From contig OY969585.1 of NCBI GenBank assembly GCA_963701295.1, forward strand, positions 832,001-896,000: a stretch of DNA of 64,000 nt, in the 5' to 3' direction. Shown here one piece after another: positions 1 to 9,149 of this stretch. Numbering within the stretch: the first letter of the stretch is position 1; each line of letters begins with the position of its first letter. Origin of the DNA: Ignavibacteriota bacterium. Its GTDB lineage: Bacteria > Bacteroidota > Ignavibacteria > UBA10030. A program made the position numbers and the translations under genes. The notes beneath the pieces were generated by a model, which worked only from the letters and a program-made list of their open reading frames with translations, ran no database searches and was not told the origin of the DNA.

Positions 1-20
1 CTTTGGATGACTTTCGCCAT
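1..20 (-). CDS. Possible 5' end of a divergent gene running off the window (MAKVIQ...)
   Basis: CAT at 18-20 reads ATG GCG AAA GTC ATC CAA on the minus strand. Too short to verify. Confidence 0.25.
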
Positions 21-198
21 GATAGTGACCTATTCTACAATTTCGTATATTGTCATCGTAATTGCCAGTGTAAACCTGTTCCGCATCTGCGCCCAGGATA
101 GTTAGACGCACGCAGGACACTCCCGGTTTCTTAGAAGTGAGGCATTGCAGCCTAAAAGAAAAAACAGAATAAAGCGTTTCTTTAACGAAAGAAAACCT

Positions 199-1872
199 AT
201 GAGTGACAATAAAATTATTTTTTCTATGATCGGTGTTGGAAAAGTTGTGAAACCGAACCGTCAAATTCTGAAGGATATTTATCTCTCTTTTTTCTACGGT
301 GCGAAGATTGGCGTTCTCGGGTTGAACGGCGCAGGGAAGAGCACACTTCTTCGTATTATTGCCGGTTTTGACAAAGACTATCTCGGTCAAATCACGGCGC
401 AAAAAGGAATCACCTTTGGGTTCTTGCCGCAAGAGCCGGAGCTTGATCCGACAAAAACAGTTAAAGATATCGTGGAAGAAGGTGTGCAGGAAATTATAAA
501 TTTGGTGAAGGAATACGAAGCTGTAAATCTTCAGCTTGCCGAACCAGATGCTGACTACGATACATTACTGGAAAAACAAAGTAACCTTCAGGAAAAGATC
601 GATCATCTGAATGCATGGGATCTCGACAGTAAACTTGAGCAAGCGATGGATGCGCTGCGTTGTCCGCCGCCGGAAACATTCATAAACGTTCTCTCCGGCG
701 GTGAACGCCGTCGTGTGGCCCTCTGCCGTCTCTTGTTACAAGAACCTGATGTGTTGCTGCTCGATGAGCCGACCAACCATCTCGACGCCGAATCCGTTGC
801 CTGGCTGGAACATCATTTAGGTCTTTACCAGGGTACCGTCATCGCTGTCACCCATGATAGATATTTTCTCGACAATGTTGCCGGGTGGATTCTCGAACTC
901 GACCGCGGCGAAGGAATACCTTTTGAAGGTAATTACTCTTCATGGCTCGATCAGAAGAAACGCCGATTAGAAGTAGAAGAAAAACATGAATCAAAACACC
1001 AGCGCATGTTGCAGAGAGAACTTGAGTGGGTGCGTCTAAATCCAAAGGGACGTCATGCAAAAAGTAAGGCACGCATCGCTTCATACGAAAAATTGCTTAC
1101 CGAACAAACAGATAAACGCGACGAAGAGATGGAAATCTATATCCCACCAGGTCCACGGTTGGGGGATGTTGTCATCGAAGCAGCTGGAATATCAAAAGCG
1201 TATGGAGACAGGATTCTTTTCGAGAATATGAACTTCGCACTCCCTCCCGGCGGTATTATTGGTGTCATCGGTCCCAACGGCGCCGGTAAAACCACTCTCT
1301 TTAAACTCATTACCGAACAGGAGCAGCCCAACGAGGGAACAATCAAGATTGGCGATACGGTGAAACTTGCTTACGTCGATCAAATGCGGCCTCTTGATCC
1401 AGACAAAACAATCTGGCAGGAAATCTCTGGTGGAGAAGATCTTATTATGCTTGGCAACCGCGAAGTAAACTCGCGCGGTTATGTGGCACGATTCAATTTC
1501 AGCGGAACCGATCAACAAAAACCAGTCGGAAAACTTTCCGGCGGTGAAAGGAACCGCGTTCATCTTGCAAAAGTTTTGAAGGATGGCGCCAACGTGCTAC
1601 TGCTTGATGAACCAACAAATGATCTTGACGTCAACACACTTCGAGCGTTAGAAGAAGCGCTAACTGGTTTTGCAGGATGTGCCGTAATCATCTCGCATGA
1701 TCGCTGGTTCCTCGATCGTGTGGCGACACATATTCTAGCATTTGAAGGTGACAGCAGTGTCGTGTGGTTCGATGGAAATTATTCGGAATACGAAGAGTAT
1801 CGGAAGAAACAGCTTGGTATTAGTGCCGACCAGCCGCATCGCATGAAGTACAAGAGGCTAACAAGAAGTTAA
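199..1872 (+). CDS. ettA: Energy-dependent translational throttle protein EttA (ABC-F)
   Basis: Two ABC domains (GLNGAGKS, LSGGE, LLLDEPTNHLD; GPNGAGKT, LLLDEPTNDLD), no TM segments, and EttA-typical LKDIYLSFFYGAKIG and ELEWVR..PKGRHAKSKAR. ATG at 199 preferred over TTG at 145. Confidence 0.93.
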   Translation: MSDNKIIFSMIGVGKVVKPNRQILKDIYLSFFYGAKIGVLGLNGAGKSTLLRIIAGFDKDYLGQITAQKGITFGFLPQEPELDPTKTVKDIVEEGVQEIINLVKEYEAVNLQLAEPDADYDTLLEKQSNLQEKIDHLNAWDLDSKLEQAMDALRCPPPETFINVLSGGERRRVALCRLLLQEPDVLLLDEPTNHLDAESVAWLEHHLGLYQGTVIAVTHDRYFLDNVAGWILELDRGEGIPFEGNYSSWLDQKKRRLEVEEKHESKHQRMLQRELEWVRLNPKGRHAKSKARIASYEKLLTEQTDKRDEEMEIYIPPGPRLGDVVIEAAGISKAYGDRILFENMNFALPPGGIIGVIGPNGAGKTTLFKLITEQEQPNEGTIKIGDTVKLAYVDQMRPLDPDKTIWQEISGGEDLIMLGNREVNSRGYVARFNFSGTDQQKPVGKLSGGERNRVHLAKVLKDGANVLLLDEPTNDLDVNTLRALEEALTGFAGCAVIISHDRWFLDRVATHILAFEGDSSVVWFDGNYSEYEEYRKKQLGISADQPHRMKYKRLTRS

Positions 1873-1900
1873 TTTTTAAAATTGCATAGATTTTCTACTG

Positions 1901-1926
1901 ATTGCATCTTCTGTAGAAGATGCAAT
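1901..1926. terminator. Perfect hairpin between convergent genes (likely terminator)
   Basis: ATTGCATCTTC-TGTA-GAAGATGCAAT, 11-bp stem. Confidence 0.55.
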
Positions 1927-2005
1927 AATGACGGCGCTAAGCCAATTAAGTATCTTGACTCATCCGAGGACAATGTGAATACACGCATACGTCCGATGAT
2001 GCCTG

Positions 2006-2536
2006 CTATTGATCGTCATGAACGCTTTTAAGATATTCTTGGAATGAGTACTGAGTATAATATTTTTCGCGAATGTATTTCAGATATCGAATAAATTTCT
2101 TTGGTTCTCTATAACCGCTAAATCGTGAGATAAGTTGAAATCTTTTATCATATACCATTATTGTCGGATAACCATTCACACCTAACATTTTTGCCCATTC
2201 TTGTTCTGTATACTTGTTCGTGCCATTCGTTATCAAATTCGTTGATTCAGCATTGAGTTTGATTGGAACAAAACTCGCTGCAAGTAATTGTTGAACCTCC
2301 GGATGAGCATACACCGCTCGATCCATTTTCTTGCACCACCCGCACCAGTCTGTATAAACATCAACCAGCATGTACTTTCCTGAAGTCTGTGCCGCAATAA
2401 CGCCTTCATCCCACTGATGCCATTGAAGCGATGCAAGCTCATCATCAGTCTGCGCAAATAAAACTACAAAAGGAAGAAAGAAAAACACACAGAGAAAACA
2501 TGAGCATCGATAAGTAAAATAATGATGTCGCACCAT
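2006..2536 (-). CDS. Exported thioredoxin-fold protein (SoxW/DUF255-like)
   Basis: VDVYTDWCGWCKKM (CxxC), GVNGYPT cis-Pro motif, hydrophobic N-terminus. Confidence 0.85.
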   Translation of the reverse strand: MVRHHYFTYRCSCFLCVFFFLPFVVLFAQTDDELASLQWHQWDEGVIAAQTSGKYMLVDVYTDWCGWCKKMDRAVYAHPEVQQLLAASFVPIKLNAESTNLITNGTNKYTEQEWAKMLGVNGYPTIMVYDKRFQLISRFSGYREPKKFIRYLKYIREKYYTQYSFQEYLKSVHDDQ

Positions 2537-2614
2537 AACGACTTCCTCTACAATGAAATTCCTCTGTCGAAAGTGTTGAAATGGGAGAACGGAGTTGAGG
2601 AAACAATTAATATG

Positions 2615-2680
2615 CTATTTCTCCAGCTTCAACAGCATGGCTTCTAGAAGAATTTTTGCCTCGATCATCTCTTTTTGATT
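2615..2680 (-). pseudogene. Orphan diverged copy of the last ~20 codons of the merR-family gene
   Basis: Reads KEMIEAKILLEAMLLKLEK*, versus the MerR end KEMIEVKEFLEDILVKLEK* at 4115-4181. About 49/67 nt identical by manual alignment. Confidence 0.8.
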
Positions 2681-2730
2681 CCCAATTTCTGATTATTCTC
2701 TTTGCCGAGACAGAAAGAAACCTCACATTA

Positions 2731-4013
2731 TTACATTCGTTCACGGAACGGTGTATAATGAGTCAACGTTAGTCCGGTATATACCTGACGCGGACGATAA
2801 ATACGGCTGTCCTTTGCGTCATGAATCTCCTTAAAATTTGCTATCCAGCCCGGCATACGCCCGATCGCAAACATGACAGTGTACATACTAACCGGAATTC
2901 CGATAGCCCGCATAATAATACCGCTGTAAAAATCTACATTGGGATACAGTTTCCGTTCAATAAAATAAGGGTCGCTCAATGCAGCATCTTCCAAACGTTT
3001 AGCAATATCAAGCAGTGGATCTTTCCTTTTCAACACTGCTAATAACTCGTCGCATTTTTTCTTAATAATGCGCGCCCGCGGATCGTAATTCTTGTAGACA
3101 CGATGGCCGAATCCCATTAGACGTTTTCCTGACGTTTTGTCTTTTGCCGCTTCAATGAATCTTGATCCGTTATCGCCTGACTTATGGATTTCTTCAAGCA
3201 TCTCAAGAACAGCCTGATTCGCGCCGCCATGGAGCGGTCCCACAGCGCGCACACACCTGCTGCTGCGCATGCAAACAAATTGGCTTGACTTGATGCTACC
3301 ATCCGTACAGTTGAAGTAGAACAATTCTGTTCGTGATCTGCATGCAACAAGAAAATCAGATCGAGCGCATTCACAACTTCGGGCTGCAATTCGTAATCCT
3401 CATATGGTTCAGAGAACATCATATGGAGAAAGTTTGCGGTGTACTTGTATATTGGTTTAGGATAAATGATCGGAAGTCCAAGCGATTTCCGATAGGAGAA
3501 CGCTGCGATCGTTCGTACTTGAGAAAGAAGTCGCGCAGCTTGCGTCAGAAAAACTTCATCAGGGTTCAATACTTCGGGAAGGAAACAACCTGCAGCATTG
3601 ATCATAGACGAAAGGATCGCCATTGGATGTGCATGTGTAGGAAATCCCTCAAAATGAAATTTCATGTCCTCATGAAGCATCTCATTTTTCGTCAAGAGAT
3701 TTGAAAAGTCCTTCATTTCCTGAGAATTTGGCAGCTTGCCATAGATAATAAGGTAAGCTGTCTCAACGAACGTCGATTTCTCTGCTAATTCTTCTATAGG
3801 TATGCCGCGATAACGGAGGATTCCTTTTTCACCATCAATGAAGGTAATGTTACTAAGGCAGGAACCGGTGTTTCCATATCCTTCATCCAGGGTGATATAT
3901 CCTGTCTTACTTCGAAGTGTTGAGATATCAAGTGATTGTTCACCTTCTGAACCCACAACAATCGGAAATTCGTACACTTTGTTATTCAATTCGAGTTTTG
4001 CAACTTTGCTCAT
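2731..4013 (-). pseudogene. gltA: Citrate synthase, split by a single-base frameshift near 3240 (real lesion or assembly error)
   Basis: The N-part has [11 protein letters not shown] and [12 protein letters not shown]. The C-part has [26 protein letters not shown] and YPNVDFYSG. The junction TGG GAC CGC lacks one G of the expected TGG GGA CCG (W-G-P). Confidence 0.9.
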
Positions 4014-4114
4014 ATCTATTCCTTATTTAATAATATTCCTCTTCCCACAATAATAAAAACCTATTCTTATCGAAAGAATAAGATATGTCACATCCCCCAA
4101 CAACCAACTCTTTT

Positions 4115-4513
4115 CTATTTCTCCAATTTCACTAAAATATCTTCCAGGAATTCTTTTACTTCGATCATTTCTTTTTTGATTTCTTCATCCTGAATTTTTT
4201 TCTTCTGCGGAACGTTGATCAATTCGAGTTGCTCTCCGGTATCCGGTTCCGGGATAAATTCTTTCATCACCTGCTTAGCACCTTCGATAGTATACTTCTC
4301 ATCACGCAGCAGCTGTTTGATGTGCATAATAAGTTTAATATCTTTGTTGGTATAGATACGGTTGCCGGCGCGGTTCTTTGCTGGTTTGAGTTCAGGAAAT
4401 TCTGTCTCCCAGTAACGCAACACGTACTGCTCTAGTCCGATGATCTTGCTGACTTCGCTGATAGAATAATAGAGCTTCTTGATGCTGGAATGTTTCATAG
4501 ACACCTCATTCAT
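4115..4513 (-). CDS. MerR-family transcriptional regulator
   Basis: YYSISEVS..LEQYVLRYWETEF..LKPAKNRAGNRIY HTH signature. Start could be 4498. Confidence 0.9.
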   Translation of the reverse strand: MNEVSMKHSSIKKLYYSISEVSKIIGLEQYVLRYWETEFPELKPAKNRAGNRIYTNKDIKLIMHIKQLLRDEKYTIEGAKQVMKEFIPEPDTGEQLELINVPQKKKIQDEEIKKEMIEVKEFLEDILVKLEK

Positions 4514-4629
4514 AGGTCAGTTTTTCGAAGGAAAAGTAGTAAATGTTGCGGTGAATTGCACTCGGGCAACATTGTAATGCATGTGTCGTAATGATATTGA
4601 GAGAGTTTTTGGAAAATTTTCATTCCAAC

Positions 4630-5514
4630 CTATGCAGGAAGTTCTGTGTGAACGTAGCGGTGGAAATTCTTAGGAAAATTCTTCCGCAACTGCATGGCCA
4701 TCGCGACAAGAATCTTCAGCGGTGAAGACAGCCGGATGCGTTTAGTGAAAACATCATAGTGAGCACGCTCGATACGAAGAAGAAGCAGATAATAGATGTT
4801 TCCCATCGTACGTGCGGCGGTAAAAAGCGGTTTGTCTTCTTCGGCGAGGCATGCTTTTGCGCGGCGAAAATATTCGTGAGCGCGTTCGCACTCGAATTTC
4901 ATCAATTCAACAAAGCGATTGTTATATGTCAAGTTCAACAACTCTTCTTCAGTATACTTAAAGTTCCTTAAATCTTCTAACGGTAAATAAATGCGTCCGT
5001 TCTTGGCATCGGCTTTGATGTCGCGCAGAATGTTTGTGAGCTGTAATGCTATACCAAGGTTGATGGCGTACTGTTTCGTCTTCTCGTTTGTATAACCGAA
5101 GACTTCTGCACAAATCAACCCAACCGTAGACGCGGCGCGATAACAATACTGCTCCAATTCAATGAACGTGCCATACCGAGTGTTCCGTAAATCCATCTCC
5201 ATTCCCTTAATCAATTCATAAAAATGTTCGATGGGAATATGGAACCGATGAATAATGGCCGCGAGTCTGTTTAACAGAGAGTAACGCGAAATGCCGTAGA
5301 GTGATCTCTTAAGTTCCTCTGTCCACTGCAGCAGCAGTGCATGCTTTTCTTTTTCGTCTCCCGCTTCATCGACAATATCATCGGTGAAGCGGCAAAATGC
5401 ATAGATGGTTTCGATGGCGTCGCGTTTCGGGCGCGGCAAAATGAAGAACGAGTAATAAAAACTGCTCTTTCGATTCTGCGAGAAATTCGGTATGACAGAT
5501 ACTGCTGTTTGCAC
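4630..5514 (-). CDS. hpnD: Presqualene diphosphate synthase HpnD (squalene/phytoene synthase family)
   Basis: SSFYYSF, YAFCRFTDDIVD, QLTNILRDIKADA..GRIYLP. Adjacent to hpnC. Confidence 0.82.
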   Translation of the reverse strand: MQTAVSVIPNFSQNRKSSFYYSFFILPRPKRDAIETIYAFCRFTDDIVDEAGDEKEKHALLLQWTEELKRSLYGISRYSLLNRLAAIIHRFHIPIEHFYELIKGMEMDLRNTRYGTFIELEQYCYRAASTVGLICAEVFGYTNEKTKQYAINLGIALQLTNILRDIKADAKNGRIYLPLEDLRNFKYTEEELLNLTYNNRFVELMKFECERAHEYFRRAKACLAEEDKPLFTAARTMGNIYYLLLLRIERAHYDVFTKRIRLSSPLKILVAMAMQLRKNFPKNFHRYVHTELPA

Positions 5515-5523
5515 GATTCTAAG

Positions 5524-6402
5524 TTACGATAAAAATGAACGAAAGAGAAGTCCCAGTTTGTCTAACGTGCTCAGTGCGGGCCGTTGTATCAGCACATTAT
5601 AATCCTGTTTGTGTATTTTCTGCAAAATTCGTGTGCCGCCATTCCACGTGAGTCTCAGCTCTCGCGACAGGTCTTTACCAATCCTTGATAGTAACGGTTT
5701 TCCCTCTACAAAAAGTTCCGCTGTCCTTTGAACTTGAAATGCCATCAATTTGCGGAACCTGCTGTCAAACTTCCGGTTTAACAAATCCTGTTCGGAATAG
5801 GTAAAATCTTTCAAATCCTCCAATGGAAGATAAATGCGGTCTTTTTGCAAATCCACAGATATATCCTGCCAAAAATTGGTCAATTGAAGCGCTGTACAAA
5901 TAGAATCAGACAGCTCCATCATCGTTTCGCTTCGGTAATTGAACAGGAGCAGCACCAATCTCCCGATAGGATTCGCGGAGTTACAGCAATATTCCAGCAA
6001 TTCCTCATACGTTTCGTACCTTTTTACCGTGACATCTGAACGGAAAGCCGTAAGAAGATTTTGAAACAATTCGACAGGAATTTGGAAACGCTCCACTGTC
6101 TCAGCTAAGGCAGCAAAGACACGATGCGTCGGATTACCGTTATAGCATTCATCAAGATACTGTCCCCACTGGGAGAGGTTATCCATCCGTTCTGCGAGAG
6201 TATAACCCGGCTCATCGGCATAGTCATCGGCGATACGGGCAAAAGCATAAATCGCCCAAATGTACTTTCGAATTTCTTTTGGAACAAACCAAGAGGCTAT
6301 TGGAAAATTTTCGTAATGACTTCGTGCAATCTGTTCACAATATCGGAACCCTTCTTCCGATGACCAGTGTTTTCGTTTGGTATGAAGTTTTGAATCGTGC
6401 AT
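5524..6402 (-). CDS. hpnC: Squalene synthase HpnC
   Basis: HYENFPIAS, YAFARIADDYADE, SANPIGRLVL, QLTNFWQD. Confidence 0.88.
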   Translation of the reverse strand: MHDSKLHTKRKHWSSEEGFRYCEQIARSHYENFPIASWFVPKEIRKYIWAIYAFARIADDYADEPGYTLAERMDNLSQWGQYLDECYNGNPTHRVFAALAETVERFQIPVELFQNLLTAFRSDVTVKRYETYEELLEYCCNSANPIGRLVLLLFNYRSETMMELSDSICTALQLTNFWQDISVDLQKDRIYLPLEDLKDFTYSEQDLLNRKFDSRFRKLMAFQVQRTAELFVEGKPLLSRIGKDLSRELRLTWNGGTRILQKIHKQDYNVLIQRPALSTLDKLGLLFRSFLS

Positions 6403-6439
6403 ACTTAAGAGAACGATAGGAATACATTTCTATAGGACT

Positions 6440-6468
6440 AATATGAGAAACGGCAGCGGGAAAAGCAA
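6440..6468 (-). promoter_or_regulatory. Putative sigma70-type promoter for hpnCD
   Basis: Minus strand TTGCTT-N17-CATATT, about 40 nt upstream of the hpnC ATG. Confidence 0.5.
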
Positions 6469-6474
6469 GCCGAT

Positions 6475-8445
6475 TTACTGAATGGTTTCATCTACCGGCA
6501 CAGTGTACACTTCAATCGGTGTGTCAAGCCCTTTGACAAGAACAGGCTCGTGCGGTTCTGTAGGAATCTGACCTTTGATAAGTTCATACGTGCGTTTGGA
6601 AATCATGATACCTTCCACCGGTGCATTAGATTCAAGACGGTTAGCGAGGTTGACATCTGAACCAAGCACGGTGTAGGCAAGCTTTTTTCTCGTTCCCATA
6701 TTCCCTACAACCACTTCGCCTGTGTTGATACCAATACGGATTTTGAGCGGGAACAAACCCTTTTGTATCCACTTCTCTTTCAGTTCGCGGCATTTTTTCT
6801 GCATCTCAATAGCTGCTTTTATGCAACGTACCGCATGGTCGGCTTGCGGTTCTGGAGCACCGAAGAATACCATCAGCCCATCGCCGATATATTTATCGAC
6901 CGTTCCTTCATACTTGAAAACAATCTGAACCATAGCATCAAAATACTCAGCAAGAAAATTTTGAATTTGATCCGGTGACATTATCGAAGAATACGTGGTA
7001 AAGCTTTTTATGTCGGTAAACATGATTGTCAGCTCTTTTTTCTGAACCTCGAAGATCGATTCCGGGTGCGCAAGCTGGCGTTTGACTACCGACGGAGGCA
7101 AGTACGATTCAAAGGACCTGCGTGTGGCTTCTTTTTCCCGTTCCTCGTTGATAAAGCGATAGACAAGCACGCCAAACACTGCTGTCACCGTGATAAGAAT
7201 AGGCCGCACCAAATTAACGATGAGATTGCCATAGAGAAAGACGGCAATAATGAAAACGATGTAGCTAACTAACAGGACGAGAGCACCGACCCAGAGCCCG
7301 CGCGAAGAAAATTTGACAGCAAACACACCGAAAATAATTAATAGGAAAATTTCGACGCCAAGTTTCTCCACCGGATTCGCTTCTATGAGAAAATTCTCAG
7401 TTAAAATCGTATTCATGACATTAGCATGCAGACCTCCCAACGGATACCAACTTTCGACAGGCACTTGTTGTATATCTGAAGCTCCCGTAGACTCTTGATT
7501 CAAGACAATAAGTTTACCTTCAAATTTCGGTTTCCAATCAAACTCCATCGCATCACGATCTTCCGACAATTTATAAATACGAGGCATAGTGTAATGCACC
7601 ATACTTTTCCATGGACCGATAAAGTTGACAATCAGGTTGCAGCGTTCATCAACGGGGATAACAATATCGTGCGGCTGCCGCCCTGGACGAAAGGCTCCTT
7701 TGAGTGTAATGCTTTTCCCGGGATGAACGACAATTCGTTCCGGTACGACATGCAAATAGTCACAAATTGCACGGAACGGAAAGCTGGGATAAAAGCCATC
7801 TTCATAACGAACCAAGAGCGGGGCACGTCGGAAAACACCATCGCGGTCGAATTGCAGACTCAGAAACCCCACGCCGCGCGATGATGCTGCAAATTCCGGA
7901 AATGTGATGATCGGATTTGCACCAAAATACATTCTGCTCACGTCTCCATCGATCTGCACCTTCCATTTTGTTTTTGAAAGATATTCCCAGTGAGACGCTG
8001 GAAGCGGTGATTTTTGTTTTGGTTGTTCATTTTTCAAATCAAAGGCGATGCCGAAATACGCATTTCCTGCCTGTCTATTGCTCACAAAAAAGATTGAATC
8101 TTCTTCTGGGGATAAAGGCGCTCGAAAGATATAGTCCCAAATCTGAGCTGCCGCCTTCATTTCACCAAGATTGCGGACAATCTGTGCATAAGGTTTGCGC
8201 GTTGTGTACGAACTCGTGAGTTCCTGAACAGTACTGTCCGTCTCACAGACATGGACAATAGTATCATCGTATGGAATAAGGGAAGGAAAGTACGTATACC
8301 GAAGTACAAAGAGCCGATCGAACGCCTGGGAATTCCACGTTTCGAAGAGGCTTGGCAGGAGCCAGAATAGAAAATGTCCGAGCAAGAGAGAGAACACGAT
8401 GATGATCACCGTGTCCCTCAACGTTCGTTTCTTACTGATGGTCAA
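6475..8445 (-). CDS. CHASE2-domain class III adenylate cyclase
   Basis: N-terminal TM, CHASE2-like sensor (DRDGVFRRAPL, YPLGGLHANVMNTIL), 3 TMs, then cyclase motifs MFTDIKSFT, DKYIGDG and YTVLGSDVNLANRLE (Lys/Thr ATP specifiers). Probable TTG start at 8445 overlaps the upstream stop. Confidence 0.9.
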   Translation of the reverse strand: MTISKKRTLRDTVIIIVFSLLLGHFLFWLLPSLFETWNSQAFDRLFVLRYTYFPSLIPYDDTIVHVCETDSTVQELTSSYTTRKPYAQIVRNLGEMKAAAQIWDYIFRAPLSPEEDSIFFVSNRQAGNAYFGIAFDLKNEQPKQKSPLPASHWEYLSKTKWKVQIDGDVSRMYFGANPIITFPEFAASSRGVGFLSLQFDRDGVFRRAPLLVRYEDGFYPSFPFRAICDYLHVVPERIVVHPGKSITLKGAFRPGRQPHDIVIPVDERCNLIVNFIGPWKSMVHYTMPRIYKLSEDRDAMEFDWKPKFEGKLIVLNQESTGASDIQQVPVESWYPLGGLHANVMNTILTENFLIEANPVEKLGVEIFLLIIFGVFAVKFSSRGLWVGALVLLVSYIVFIIAVFLYGNLIVNLVRPILITVTAVFGVLVYRFINEEREKEATRRSFESYLPPSVVKRQLAHPESIFEVQKKELTIMFTDIKSFTTYSSIMSPDQIQNFLAEYFDAMVQIVFKYEGTVDKYIGDGLMVFFGAPEPQADHAVRCIKAAIEMQKKCRELKEKWIQKGLFPLKIRIGINTGEVVVGNMGTRKKLAYTVLGSDVNLANRLESNAPVEGIMISKRTYELIKGQIPTEPHEPVLVKGLDTPIEVYTVPVDETIQ

Positions 8446-9133
8446 TGGTAATAGTCTTGCTGAAGAAATTGTTTGCTGAAATTTGCGTGGCAATATCAGC
8501 AACATCTGGACGGCGCACTATTTTTATCGTATCTGTGCTTCGGATATTCCCTCCGATGGTCAACGGTTTCTCTGCAATCGTTGCAAAAGTGGAATACCGT
8601 TTTCGAAGTCCGCGGATTTCCGATACGACTTCATCAGCAAGCGGTTTCCTATTCGAAAGGTCAGCAGAATAGTAATTTCCTAATTTTACCTCAAGATCAA
8701 GAAGTCGTTCGGTCGAGCCTATGAGGAAAAAGACTTCTTTTCCTGTGTTTTTATCCAGCATCATCCAATTACGACCTTTGGGGATGTAATACGGTTTCGC
8801 TACGACATAATCGGTCTGTAATTGACGGATTGAATAAGGAAACAGTAAACTGAGATCCCCTTGTGAATCGAGGTAGACAGCATAGACATAACACTCTTTC
8901 GTTATTTTCACCATCATTTTAATTTCATCTCCACTTTTCAAAATTGTATCACGAGTGATAGGGATGGGGACTGGTGTTTTCCCATTGTATCCCAAGACGC
9001 CAAAAGCCCATTCAAATTCGATGTTCGCATCATTTTGCTGAACCATGGGTGTGGATGCAATTGGTTGTTCGCCGAATCGAAATCCGACCACTAAAAAACT
9101 TAGAATGACCGCAAGAAGAATAATTGAGCGCAT
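8432..9133 (-). CDS. Exported DUF4384-like protein
   Basis: Signal peptide; LKSGDEIK...CYVY..YLDSQG.LSLLFP...YYIP...LDKNTGKEVFFLIGS pattern. Confidence 0.75.
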   Translation of the reverse strand: MRSIILLAVILSFLVVGFRFGEQPIASTPMVQQNDANIEFEWAFGVLGYNGKTPVPIPITRDTILKSGDEIKMMVKITKECYVYAVYLDSQGDLSLLFPYSIRQLQTDYVVAKPYYIPKGRNWMMLDKNTGKEVFFLIGSTERLLDLEVKLGNYYSADLSNRKPLADEVVSEIRGLRKRYSTFATIAEKPLTIGGNIRSTDTIKIVRRPDVADIATQISANNFFSKTITIDHQ

Positions 9134-9149
9134 AATTGAAATCCTTTCC

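Noticed and set aside
4600-4690. Possible second 3'-end echo: NFPK codons of the hpnD tail recur just past its stop
   Set aside because: Only about 17/22 nt with a gap in AT-rich sequence. Suggestive beside the merR case but too short to support.
5510-6401. 10-bp inverted repeat TGCACGATTC/GAATCGTGCA flanking hpnC
   Set aside because: Both copies overlap start codons, there is no recombinase nearby, and a match this short can arise by chance.
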